NCBI GenBank assembly: GCA_002773945.1
Contig: PEZT01000028.1
Location: forward strand, 4,034 to 68,033
Source of the DNA: Candidatus Beckwithbacteria bacterium CG10_big_fil_rev_8_21_14_0_10_34_10
GTDB taxonomy: Bacteria > Patescibacteriota > Microgenomatia > UBA1400
Length of the DNA stretch: 64,000 nt
Reading direction: 5' to 3'
Numbering within the stretch: the first letter of the stretch is position 1; the number at the start of each line of letters is the position of its first letter. Positions 53,589 through 61,556 of the stretch are shown here, one piece after another. A program made the translations under genes and the position numbers. Under the pieces are notes generated by a model. It did no database searches and was not told where the DNA came from. It was given only the letters and a program-made list of their open reading frames with translations.

Positions 53589-54517
53589 TAAAATAACCCC
53601 ATTTGTTTGTTTGGATCTTTTTTAATATTAATTATTTCCTTTTCTTGCTTTATATAACCTGGCAGTCTATAAATCAAACTTTTAAACTCTAATTCTTCAA
53701 ACAAACTAATAGTCTTAGTTTGATTATAATCCTTTAAAATGCTTTTTTTGAAATCCAATTTTAAATTAAGGTTAATTTGAATTTCGGCTAAATCATAAGA
53801 TAAAAAAGCAATCTTTTTTTCTTTTATTAATTTGATTCTTACTTTTTCTTCAATTCTCTCTAAATTATTATAGATTTCTTTTAAACTGCCGTACTTGGTA
53901 ATTAGATTAGTAGCTGTTTTTGGCCCCACTCCTCTAACTCCGGGAATATTATCAGATGAATCACCAGCTAAAGCTTTGTAATCAATCAAGCGCCTGGGCT
54001 CAAACAAATATTGGTTTAAAAAAGCTTTTTTATCAAACATCAAACTTGGTCTTTTACCCCTACCAGGAAGAAAAACTTTTATTTTGTTATCAATTAATTG
54101 GAGGGCATCCCGATCACCAGTAAGAATAACAACTTCAATTTTTTTATTTTGGCCGGCTTTTTTGGCTAAAGTACCAATAATATCATCAGCTTCATAGCCT
54201 TCTTTAACAAAAAAGGGAATATTTAAAACTTTTATTATTTCATAAGCTCTAGGAATCTGGTTAATTAATTCTTCGTCTGTTTTGGGTCTTTTTGCTTTAT
54301 AGCCCTTGAATTTTCTATGCCTAAAAGTAGGCTTGGGTAAATCAAAAGCAATGGCCGCATATTTGGGTTTTAATTGTTTAAAACCAGTTAAAATTATACT
54401 GGTAAAACCATAAACCGCATTAGTTAATTCTCCTTTTTTTGTCTTAAGGGTTTTAGGAAAAGCGTGATAGGCCCGGTGAAGGATAGCGTGAGCGTCAATT
54501 AAAAGCAATCTCTCCAT
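53588..54517 (-). CDS. Standalone 5'-3' exonuclease / flap endonuclease (Pol I N-terminal domain family)
   Basis: 309 aa. LLLIDAHAILHRAYHA, the DIIGTLAK / DLLQL acidic clusters, and the helix-3-turn-helix motif GVRGVGPKTA. Confidence 0.8.
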   Translation of the reverse strand: MERLLLIDAHAILHRAYHAFPKTLKTKKGELTNAVYGFTSIILTGFKQLKPKYAAIAFDLPKPTFRHRKFKGYKAKRPKTDEELINQIPRAYEIIKVLNIPFFVKEGYEADDIIGTLAKKAGQNKKIEVVILTGDRDALQLIDNKIKVFLPGRGKRPSLMFDKKAFLNQYLFEPRRLIDYKALAGDSSDNIPGVRGVGPKTATNLITKYGSLKEIYNNLERIEEKVRIKLIKEKKIAFLSYDLAEIQINLNLKLDFKKSILKDYNQTKTISLFEELEFKSLIYRLPGYIKQEKEIINIKKDPNKQMGLF

Positions 54518-54533
54518 GAAGTCAAACCTTTTT

Positions 54534-56450
54534 TTATTTTTTCATTAAAGCTTCAAATTCTTCATCTTCTATTGTTTCTTTTTTAACTAGTTCTCTCGCT
54601 AATAAATCCATTTTTTTTCTTTTCTCTTTAAGGATTTTTATAGCTTTAATATAAGCCTCATCAATAATCTTTTTAATTTCTTTGTCAATCTGAGCACTCA
54701 TTTCTGGTGAGGCCTTGCTAGGCTCAAAATAACTTTTACCCCAATCAGATACATCTATTTGAGGGCCCAAATTGATTGGACCTAATTCACTCATGCCATA
54801 TTCAATCACCATTTTCCGGGCAATTCTGGTAGCTTGAGCAATATCACTGGAAGCCCCGGAAGTAAACTCATTAAATTTTATTTCTTCAGCTGCCCGACCG
54901 CCTAGAAGAGAAACAATTGTTTCTAAAAGATGAGATTGAGTTTCGTGAATTCTATCTCTTTTGGGAGGAATTAAAGTGTAGCCTAAAGCCATCCCCCGAG
55001 ATACAATACTTACTCGGTGAACTGTGTCCATCTTGGATAAATTATAGGTGACCACGGCATGACCAGCTTCATGGTAAGCGGTCATCAAACGATCCAAATC
55101 TGTCTGAAGTCTTTTTTTCTCCGGACCTAATTTGACTTTAGTGGCCGCCTCTTCAATATCATCCCAGGAAATCGCTTTTTTATTTTCCCGAGCCGCTTTA
55201 ATTGCCGCTTCATTAAGCATATTTTCCAAATCAGCTCCGGAAAAACCGACTGTTCTTCTAGCCGCTTTTTCCCAACTAACACTTTTATCAAATGGTTTAC
55301 CCCGACGGTGAATCTCAACTATTTTCTTTCTGCCCTCAATATCCGGCAAGTCCAAAACCACTAGTCTATCAAATCTTCCAGGTCGCATTAAGGCCGAATC
55401 CAAAAGATCTGCCCGATTGGTAGCAGCCACAATAATGACATTATCATTAGGAGAAAAACCATCCATTTCCACAAGGATCTGATTTAAAGTTTGTTCTCTT
55501 TCATCATGACCGCCAGAAGCACCCAAACCACGGGCTCGACCAATAGCATCAATTTCATCAATAAATATGATTGAGCTACCGGCTTTTTTGGCCGTAGAAA
55601 AAAGATCACGAACCCGACTAGCACCAACTCCAACCAACATTTCCATAAACTCTGAACCAGCCATAGAGAAAAAAGGCACATTAGCTTCACCAGCCACTGC
55701 CTGGGCTAAAAGGGTCTTTCCAGTTCCCGAAGGACCAACTAACAAAACTCCCTTGGGAGTTCTGGCTCCTAAAGCCTGATATTTTTTAGGATGCTTTAAA
55801 AAATCCACCACTTCTTCTAACTCTTTTTTAGCTTCATCAACTCCACCAACATCAGTAAACTTAACTTTCTGTTTACCTTTAGAAAAAAGTTTGGCTTTAC
55901 TTTTGCCAAATGAAAATATAGAGTCCTGAGCCCCCCTGGCTTGTCTAAAAATCCAGAGAAAAATAATACCGGTTAGAACAACCGGAAGTAATATTTCTAA
56001 AATACTTCCCCAAGCTTTAAGCATTGATTGATCCTTAACTTCAAAATTAACATCCAAAGGATTAATCTCCGCATTCCTTAATATTTCGTCAAAAGAAACC
56101 TGGGGTTCTTTTCTGGAGTTATATAAACCACCATCTTTATATTTAATTAATAAAGTCTCACCTTCAATTCCAACCTCTTCAACCTTCTCCTCTTTAATAT
56201 CATTTAAAACCTGGGCCAGGTTTTTCTCTCCCTGAGGAATTGGTCCCTTTAAAGAGAAGAAAAAAGAAAGGATTAAAAAACCGACTAAAAGCCAAGTAAA
56301 AAAATTCCTTAAGTTGAATTTAAACTTAACTTCAAATTTTTTAGCCATTCCATTTGGTGACTTTCCTTTAAAAAATTTGTCGTTTTTTTCAACCTTTTTC
56401 TTATCGGCCTTATTTTTTTTGGTTTGAATTGAGTTTTTTTCTTTATCCAT
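54534..56450 (-). CDS. ftsH: ATP-dependent zinc metalloprotease FtsH
   Basis: 638 aa. N-terminal TM segments. AAA+ Walker [12 protein letters not shown] region. HEAGHAV zinc-binding HExxH. Confidence 0.9.
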   Translation of the reverse strand: MDKEKNSIQTKKNKADKKKVEKNDKFFKGKSPNGMAKKFEVKFKFNLRNFFTWLLVGFLILSFFFSLKGPIPQGEKNLAQVLNDIKEEKVEEVGIEGETLLIKYKDGGLYNSRKEPQVSFDEILRNAEINPLDVNFEVKDQSMLKAWGSILEILLPVVLTGIIFLWIFRQARGAQDSIFSFGKSKAKLFSKGKQKVKFTDVGGVDEAKKELEEVVDFLKHPKKYQALGARTPKGVLLVGPSGTGKTLLAQAVAGEANVPFFSMAGSEFMEMLVGVGASRVRDLFSTAKKAGSSIIFIDEIDAIGRARGLGASGGHDEREQTLNQILVEMDGFSPNDNVIIVAATNRADLLDSALMRPGRFDRLVVLDLPDIEGRKKIVEIHRRGKPFDKSVSWEKAARRTVGFSGADLENMLNEAAIKAARENKKAISWDDIEEAATKVKLGPEKKRLQTDLDRLMTAYHEAGHAVVTYNLSKMDTVHRVSIVSRGMALGYTLIPPKRDRIHETQSHLLETIVSLLGGRAAEEIKFNEFTSGASSDIAQATRIARKMVIEYGMSELGPINLGPQIDVSDWGKSYFEPSKASPEMSAQIDKEIKKIIDEAYIKAIKILKEKRKKMDLLARELVKKETIEDEEFEALMKK

Positions 56451-56542
56451 AAAGTTAACAATCCTTAAAAAGATAGTAATATTACTCGGGTAAAATACTC
56501 TAAAATTTTAACACAAAAGTGAATATTTAAAAAGAGGTCTTT

Positions 56543-56944
56543 CTATAGAAGTTGGTTAACATTTAACTTGATATTTTTTAACTTAAAAGAAAGGTTGTGT
56601 TTAGTAGTTTTAGGAGGAAAGTGTTGATTTGATAGTCCCTTTTTTATAACCGCTTCTTTAATGACATTTATCATTAGTTCTTTTCTTCTCAAATAAACTT
56701 TAATATTTTTACTTTTATAATCAACCAATAGAACCGGAATTTTTTTAGCTTTCATTTTCTTAAGCGCGGCCAGGCGGTGATGGCCATCTAAAACAATTAA
56801 TGTTTTTTGATCGACCACCACCGGATTTATTAATAAACCGCTTAACTTAATACTCTCAAAAACCTGATTAACTCTATCCTTAACTACAGCCTCATGAGTA
56901 TTAAGTTTATTGATATCAACCAACTTGATTTTCAATTTTTTCAT
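56543..56944 (-). CDS. ParB/sulfiredoxin-like nuclease-domain protein
   Basis: 133 aa. [13 protein letters not shown] matches the ParB N-terminal domain GxxR/HH region. Confidence 0.5.
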   Translation of the reverse strand: MKKLKIKLVDINKLNTHEAVVKDRVNQVFESIKLSGLLINPVVVDQKTLIVLDGHHRLAALKKMKAKKIPVLLVDYKSKNIKVYLRRKELMINVIKEAVIKKGLSNQHFPPKTTKHNLSFKLKNIKLNVNQLL

Positions 56945-58254
56945 TTTAGTCTTTGATATAAATAATCATCATAGCCTTTTAAATCAAGCAGTCCATGCCC
57001 TGAAAAATTAAAAACAATAACTTTTTTCCTCCCTTCCTTTTTGGCTTTAAGAGCCTCATCAATGGCGGCTTTAACAGCATGGGCTGTTTCTGGAGCCGGA
57101 ATAATTCCTTCAGTCCGACTAAAATCAATGGCCGCCTTAAAAACCTCCAGTTGAGAATAACTTTTGGCTTTCATCAAACCCCCATGATGCAAAAAAGCCA
57201 GACTGGGAGCAATTCCATGATAACGTAAACCACCAGCATGAATTGGCGGTGGAACAAAATCACAACCCAAAGTTTTCATTTTTAAAAGTGGGGTTTGCTT
57301 ACCACTATCACCAAAATCATAAGCATATTTACCCCGGCATAAAGAGGCACAGTTTTCTGGCTCCACCCCAATAAATTCAAGGTTCTTTTTTTTGCCGGCC
57401 AGTTTATCGGCCAAAAAAGGAAAAGCAAAACCAGCAAAGTTACTCCCTCCGCCGCAACAGCCAATTAAAACATCAGGATATTCTCCAGCTTTTTCCATTT
57501 GTTTTTTAACCTCCAAACCAATCACTGTTTAGTGTAATAAAACATGGTTTAAAACACTTCCTAAGGAATATTTCGCCTCTTTTTTGGAAGCCGCCACTTC
57601 AATTGCTTCAGCAATGGCCATGCCTAAACTACCATGAGTTTTAGGAAATTTTTTAATAAAAACTCTGCCAATCCTGGTTTTAGTTGATGGACTAGAAATA
57701 ACCCGACTCTTAAAAATTTCCATCACTATTTTCCGATACGGCTTTTGCTCATAGGAAATTTTGACCATAAAAACCAAGCATTTTAATTTAAAAAAATTAC
57801 AAGCCATACTTAAGGCAGAACCCCACTGACCAGCTCCAGTTTCTGTCACCAGCATTTTAACGCCCTCTTTTTGGTTATAAAAAGCTTGGACGAGAGCAGT
57901 ATTAAGCTTATGACTACCAGCTGGACTAGCTCCTTCATATTTATAATAAATATGAGCAGGAGTATCTAAAAACTTCTCCAAACCCCGAGCTCTAAAAAGC
58001 GGAGTCGGCCGATAAAGTTTATAAATTTCCCTCACCTCGTTAGGAATTTTAACATTTTTTTCCAAAGTCACTTCCTGTCTGATTAATTCTTTTGGAAAAA
58101 TTGGCTCTAAATCTCTAGCTGTAATCGGCTTTTTGGTCAACGGATGCAAAGCCGGATCCGGTAATTTACCTAAATATTTTTTAAAATAATAATTAATATT
58201 TAAAAAATATTCCGGTATCTGTTTCTCATTTAATAAAAATTTTGTATTTTCCAT
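56941..58254 (-). pseudogene. trpB2: TrpB2-type tryptophan synthase beta subunit, interrupted by one in-frame TAA (57531..57529)
   Basis: Two track ORFs share one frame and are separated only by TAA. The N-terminal part has the PLP-lysine motif GASPAGSHKLNTAL. The C-terminal part has [11 protein letters not shown]. The junction reads ...VLNHVLLH*TVIGLE..., where TrpB proteins have HQTVIG, implying CAA to TAA. Confidence 0.65.
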
Positions 58255-58291
58255 ATTTTCTCCTTTTTTATTTTTTCATAATAAATAATTT

Positions 58292-58327
58292 CAATAAAAA
58301 AGCCCCTGTTTTTTAGTGAAACAGAGG
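58292..58327 (-). terminator. Intrinsic terminator downstream of trpS
   Basis: Minus strand GCCTCTGTTT-CACTAAA-AAACAGGGGC followed by TTTTTTATT. Confidence 0.6.
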
Positions 58328-58410
58328 CATAACAAACAAAATCAAATCTGCTTCACCAGAATGATCTTGTCCACCAAATAATCTGATTAATTAAATTTAA
58401 GTTCTTCATC

Positions 58411-59436
58411 TTATATTTGTAAAGAATATTTATTAGTAATCCCAATTTTTTCTCTTACTATTATCATCTTCTTTTGAGCCTGGATTTGAGCCTTTTTAGT
58501 CCCTTTTTCTAAAATATTTTTAATTATGACTGGGTCTTTTTTTAATTCCTGATATCTTTGCCTTTGTTGGCTAAACTTTTTTAGTAAAGCTTTTAGTAGT
58601 TTCTCTTTAACTTCTACATCCCCAACTTTTCCCTGTTTATATCTTTCTTTTAAATCGTCTACTTCTTTTTTATTTTCATTAATAAGGTCATGGTAAATAA
58701 AAATTGGGTTTTCTTTAACCCTGCCTTTATCGGTAGGGTGAATTCTTTTGGAATCAGTAAAACAATTCATTATTTGGTTTCTTATTTTTTTTTCATTTTC
58801 AAAAATGGAAATATAATTTCCTAGACTTTTGCTCATTTTTCTTTTTCCATCAGTCCCAATTAAACGAGCTGTTTCTTTAATGGTATAAAACTCTGGCAGT
58901 TTAAAAGTCTGTCCATAGTTTTTATTAAAAAAATCAGCTATATCTCTGGTAACTTCAACATGTTGTTTCTGATCCTGCCCAACCGGAATATAATCAGGAT
59001 CATATAAAAGAATATCAGCTGCCATTAAAACCGGATAGGAAAAAAGCCCCATATTAACATTATCTTCTTTTAAGCCTTTTTGAAGTTTATCTTTATAAGC
59101 ATGACAACGCTTAATTAAACCTAAAGGAGTAACATTATTTAAAATTGTTTGTAATTCTGAATGGGAATTAATGTCTGACTGGCGGTAAAAAACTACTTTT
59201 TCAGTATCAATTCCAAAAGAAAGATAAGATAAAATAAGATTTTCCACGTTCTTTTGCATCTCCTCTTTACTTTTAATAGTTGTTAAGGCATGAAGGTCAG
59301 CAATAAAAAAATAGACCTTTTTGGCATTTTTAGCCATCTTAAAAAATGGCACGACGACGCCAAAATAGTTACCAATATGAACTTCCCCGCTACCAGATGG
59401 GGTAATACCCGTTAAAATAGAATAGTCTTTTTTCAT
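58411..59436 (-). CDS. trpS: Tryptophan--tRNA ligase
   Basis: 341 aa class I aaRS. TGITPSGSGEVHIGNYFG is the HIGH region in a TrpRS-type context. It has KMSKS. Confidence 0.85.
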   Translation of the reverse strand: MKKDYSILTGITPSGSGEVHIGNYFGVVVPFFKMAKNAKKVYFFIADLHALTTIKSKEEMQKNVENLILSYLSFGIDTEKVVFYRQSDINSHSELQTILNNVTPLGLIKRCHAYKDKLQKGLKEDNVNMGLFSYPVLMAADILLYDPDYIPVGQDQKQHVEVTRDIADFFNKNYGQTFKLPEFYTIKETARLIGTDGKRKMSKSLGNYISIFENEKKIRNQIMNCFTDSKRIHPTDKGRVKENPIFIYHDLINENKKEVDDLKERYKQGKVGDVEVKEKLLKALLKKFSQQRQRYQELKKDPVIIKNILEKGTKKAQIQAQKKMIIVREKIGITNKYSLQI

Positions 59437-59444
59437 TTTTTACT

Positions 59445-59600
59445 CCTTATATAACAAAAAATACCGCTCTTTTCTTAAGGCCGAAAAGTTCGCGGTACCA
59501 CCTTTATTTTTTCTTATTACTGCTGTAACGGGCTTACCCGTTTCGGCATTTCCTCCGAAAAGCTTCCAAGCTCCAACCATGCTTGGTCAAACGCTTTTAA
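59445..59600 (-). promoter_or_regulatory. T-box riboswitch leader (tRNA-sensing) upstream of trpS, with terminator/antiterminator
   Basis: The minus strand contains AATAAAGGTGGTACCGCG, which matches the T-box consensus AAUUAGGGUGGNACCGCG. An overlapping terminator hairpin CCGCGAACTTTTCGGCC...GAAAAGAGCGG plus a U-run follows, then an RBS (AAGGAG) before ATG 59436. There are UGG triplets in the stem-I region. Confidence 0.65.
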
Positions 59601-59607
59601 TATCCTT

Positions 59608-59636
59608 ATATTAGCTTAAAATTAAGCCGTTGTCAA
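59608..59636 (-). promoter_or_regulatory. Sigma70-type promoter for the T-box/trpS leader
   Basis: Minus strand: TTGACA (-35), a 17-nt spacer, then TAATAT (-10). Confidence 0.55.
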
Positions 59637-59642
59637 CAAAAA

Positions 59643-59858
59643 TTATTCTTCTTTTTCCTCTTTAATAGGCTTTAAGTGCTTTAAAAACTCTTCTTTAGTT
59701 AAAGCAGGAGCAATTTTTTTAACTTTAGCTAATATCTTCTCTATTTCTGTTCCTGAAGAGGTCTTCTGATACTTTTCTCTTAGTTTAGCCAGTTTTAACT
59801 GTCTTTTATTTTTAGTTCTAATAGACATTGATCTTCTTTTAGAATGTAATCTTCCCAT
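59643..59858 (-). CDS. Small basic protein, possibly ribosomal protein bS20-like
   Basis: 71 aa. KRRSMSIRTKNKRQLKLAKLREK resembles the S20 N-terminal RRS...R...KK region. The assignment is weak. Confidence 0.35.
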   Translation of the reverse strand: MGRLHSKRRSMSIRTKNKRQLKLAKLREKYQKTSSGTEIEKILAKVKKIAPALTKEEFLKHLKPIKEEKEE

Positions 59859-59890
59859 AACTCCCTTTCATATTTTAATAAATAATATTT

Positions 59891-59964
59891 GTAGCAGGGG
59901 TGGGGGTCGAACCCACGACCTCCGGGTTATGATTCCGACGCTCTAACCAACTGAGCTACCCTGC
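59891..59964 (-). tRNA. tRNA-Met (anticodon CAU)
   Basis: The reverse complement is GGCAGGGTAGCTCAGTTGGTTAGAGCGTCGGAATCATAACCCGGAGGTCGTGGGTTCGACCCCCACCCCTGCTA. It forms a cloverleaf with anticodon loop ATCATAA, T-loop TTCGACC, and one A:C mismatch in the anticodon stem. Confidence 0.8.
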
Positions 59965-60092
59965 CTCATTTTGTAGCGGGTCCAAAGTAACGCTCTTTGG
60001 TTAAGTGAGGTTATGAGCCTCACGGGATACTTACCCCCCACCCGCTATCTTAAACTACCCTTATATCTTATCAGATTTAGAGAAAAATTCAA

Positions 60093-60470
60093 TTATTTGA
60101 AAAGTTCCAGCCACTTTTGCCAATTCTGCTTGTTTTCCTCTTTTCCTTCAAAAGTGTCTTTTTTAATCCCTTCGTATGAAGTAGAAATTCTACCCTGACT
60201 AATTTCTTCAGGAAGAATAATAATGGTTTCTCCTTTTTTGGCCATCTGTAACTTATTTCTAATCTGTTCTTCTAAAAATTCATCACTCTGATAGTGTTTA
60301 TTTAATTCTTCTAGTTCTCTGTTTTCTTCTTTTAATTTAGCTAAATTTTCTTGGGATTTAGTAATTCTCTCTTCAGAATTATAAAGCCGCCAAACATCCC
60401 GAGAAAGATTGATAATTAAAATAAAACTTAGAAAAAAAACTAGTAAACTCAGTCTTTTATTAATTGACAT
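60093..60470 (-). CDS. FtsB/DivIC-like septum-formation initiator (TM + coiled coil)
   Basis: 125 aa. N-terminal TM helix, followed by the heptad-rich segment QENLAKLKEENRELEELNK. Confidence 0.4.
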   Translation of the reverse strand: MSINKRLSLLVFFLSFILIINLSRDVWRLYNSEERITKSQENLAKLKEENRELEELNKHYQSDEFLEEQIRNKLQMAKKGETIIILPEEISQGRISTSYEGIKKDTFEGKEENKQNWQKWLELFK

Positions 60471-60566
60471 CTATCCCTTTTATTGATATTATCATTAACT
60501 ATAAAATAAATATAATATTTATTTATAAGTTAAATTAAAAGTCTTTTTTTATCTTTTAGAATTTAA

Positions 60567-61433
60567 ATGGCCAAAACTATTCTCGGTTTAAAATCAGCCC
60601 ATAGCGATTTTTTAGATTTTTTGAAAGAAAAGGGTCGGGCTTCAGCTACCATTTTAGCATATGGTTCAGACCTCCAACAATTAATTGATTTTTGCCTTCA
60701 GCTTAAAAGAAGCCGGGTTGACGAAATTACCAACTCCGACCTTGAGGCTTTTAAGAATTTTTTGAAAAAGGAGGATTATACAGCTAAATCTATTTCTCGA
60801 AAAATTAACTCTATTAAAACATTTTTTAAATACCTTCATGTTCAAAAACATATTTCTGATAATCCGTCTATTGCCTTAACTCATCCTAAATATGAAGTTA
60901 AACCACCTCGAGTTCTATCAAAAATGGAATATCGGGCCCTAAGAGATGTTTGCCGAAATGACCGAAGAATTTTTGCTATTATCGAGCTTTTTTTGCAAAC
61001 TGGCATAAGAATTGGCGAATTAGCCTATCTTCAACTAGAAGATATTAAAAAGAATTCCTTGATTATTAGAGCCCATGAATCTCATCCCAGCCGCCAGATC
61101 CCTTTAAATAGAGCCGCTAAATTATCTTCGGAAAACTATTTGTCAATCAGACCAAAAAGTAAATCAAAATACCTTTTTATTACTAAAAGCGGTAAACCTT
61201 TTTTAATTAGAAATATTAGAAGCACTTTATCAAGATATTTTAAACTAGCTGGTATTGAAAAAGTTAAGGTTAATGACTTAAGACACACCTTTATTGCTCA
61301 TCAATTAAGAGCGGGCACTCCCCTAACTTTAGTTTCCAAGATAACCGGCCATAAAAGGCTTTCTACTACTGAAAAATATCTTGACTTGATTAAAAAATCT
61401 TCAGTGGAAAAGTTTAAATTAGAAGAATTATAA
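60567..61433 (+). CDS. Tyrosine site-specific recombinase (XerC/XerD-like)
   Basis: 288 aa. Phage-integrase N-terminal SAM-like domain. The C-terminal catalytic residues R...HxxR...Y are at LRHTFIAHQLRAG and TTEKYL. The stop codon lies 4 nt from the tRNA 3' end. Confidence 0.8.
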   Translation: MAKTILGLKSAHSDFLDFLKEKGRASATILAYGSDLQQLIDFCLQLKRSRVDEITNSDLEAFKNFLKKEDYTAKSISRKINSIKTFFKYLHVQKHISDNPSIALTHPKYEVKPPRVLSKMEYRALRDVCRNDRRIFAIIELFLQTGIRIGELAYLQLEDIKKNSLIIRAHESHPSRQIPLNRAAKLSSENYLSIRPKSKSKYLFITKSGKPFLIRNIRSTLSRYFKLAGIEKVKVNDLRHTFIAHQLRAGTPLTLVSKITGHKRLSTTEKYLDLIKKSSVEKFKLEEL

Positions 61434-61437
61434 ATTG

Positions 61438-61510
61438 TGGGCCAGGATGGATTCGAACCGTCGACCCCTATCTTATAAGGATAGTGCTCTAGCCGCTGAG
61501 CTACTGGCCC
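61438..61510 (-). tRNA. tRNA-Ile (anticodon UAU)
   Basis: The reverse complement is GGGCCAGTAGCTCAGCGGCTAGAGCACTATCCTTATAAGATAGGGGTCGACGGTTCGAATCCATCCTGGCCCA. The anticodon stem CTATC/GATAG is perfect, the loop is CTTATAA, and anticodon positions 34-36 are TAT. Confidence 0.8.
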
Positions 61511-61556
61511 CTGAAAAAACAATCCTATTATACTAAATTTTTAGTTTTTTATGAAG

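Noticed and set aside
20524-57464. Other short nested or antisense track ORFs (e.g. 20524..20718, 22401..22655, 23760..23969, 24278..24475, 28174..28383, 30793..31087, 33975..34274, 36134..36382, 38444..38824, 39677..40246, 41467..41679, 42058..42312, 42761..43012, 44024..44401, 47022..47273, 48548..49055, 50529..50714, 52588..52824, 55127..55779, 57282..57464)
   Set aside because: Each is embedded in, and mostly antisense to, a longer ORF with recognisable protein-family motifs. They are typical AT-rich-genome shadow ORFs.
12828-57531. Possibility that TAA is a reassigned sense codon (alternative genetic code)
   Set aside because: Many well-supported genes here terminate with TAA at the expected C-terminus, for example mutM at 50846..50844 and the recombinase at 61431..61433. 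Long ORFs otherwise behave as code 11. The two in-frame TAA codons are better explained as mutations, polymorphisms or errors.
61301-61522. 73-aa minus-strand ORF
   Set aside because: It overlaps the tRNA-Ile(UAU) gene and the 3' end of the recombinase gene. It is a translation of the tRNA, not a protein.
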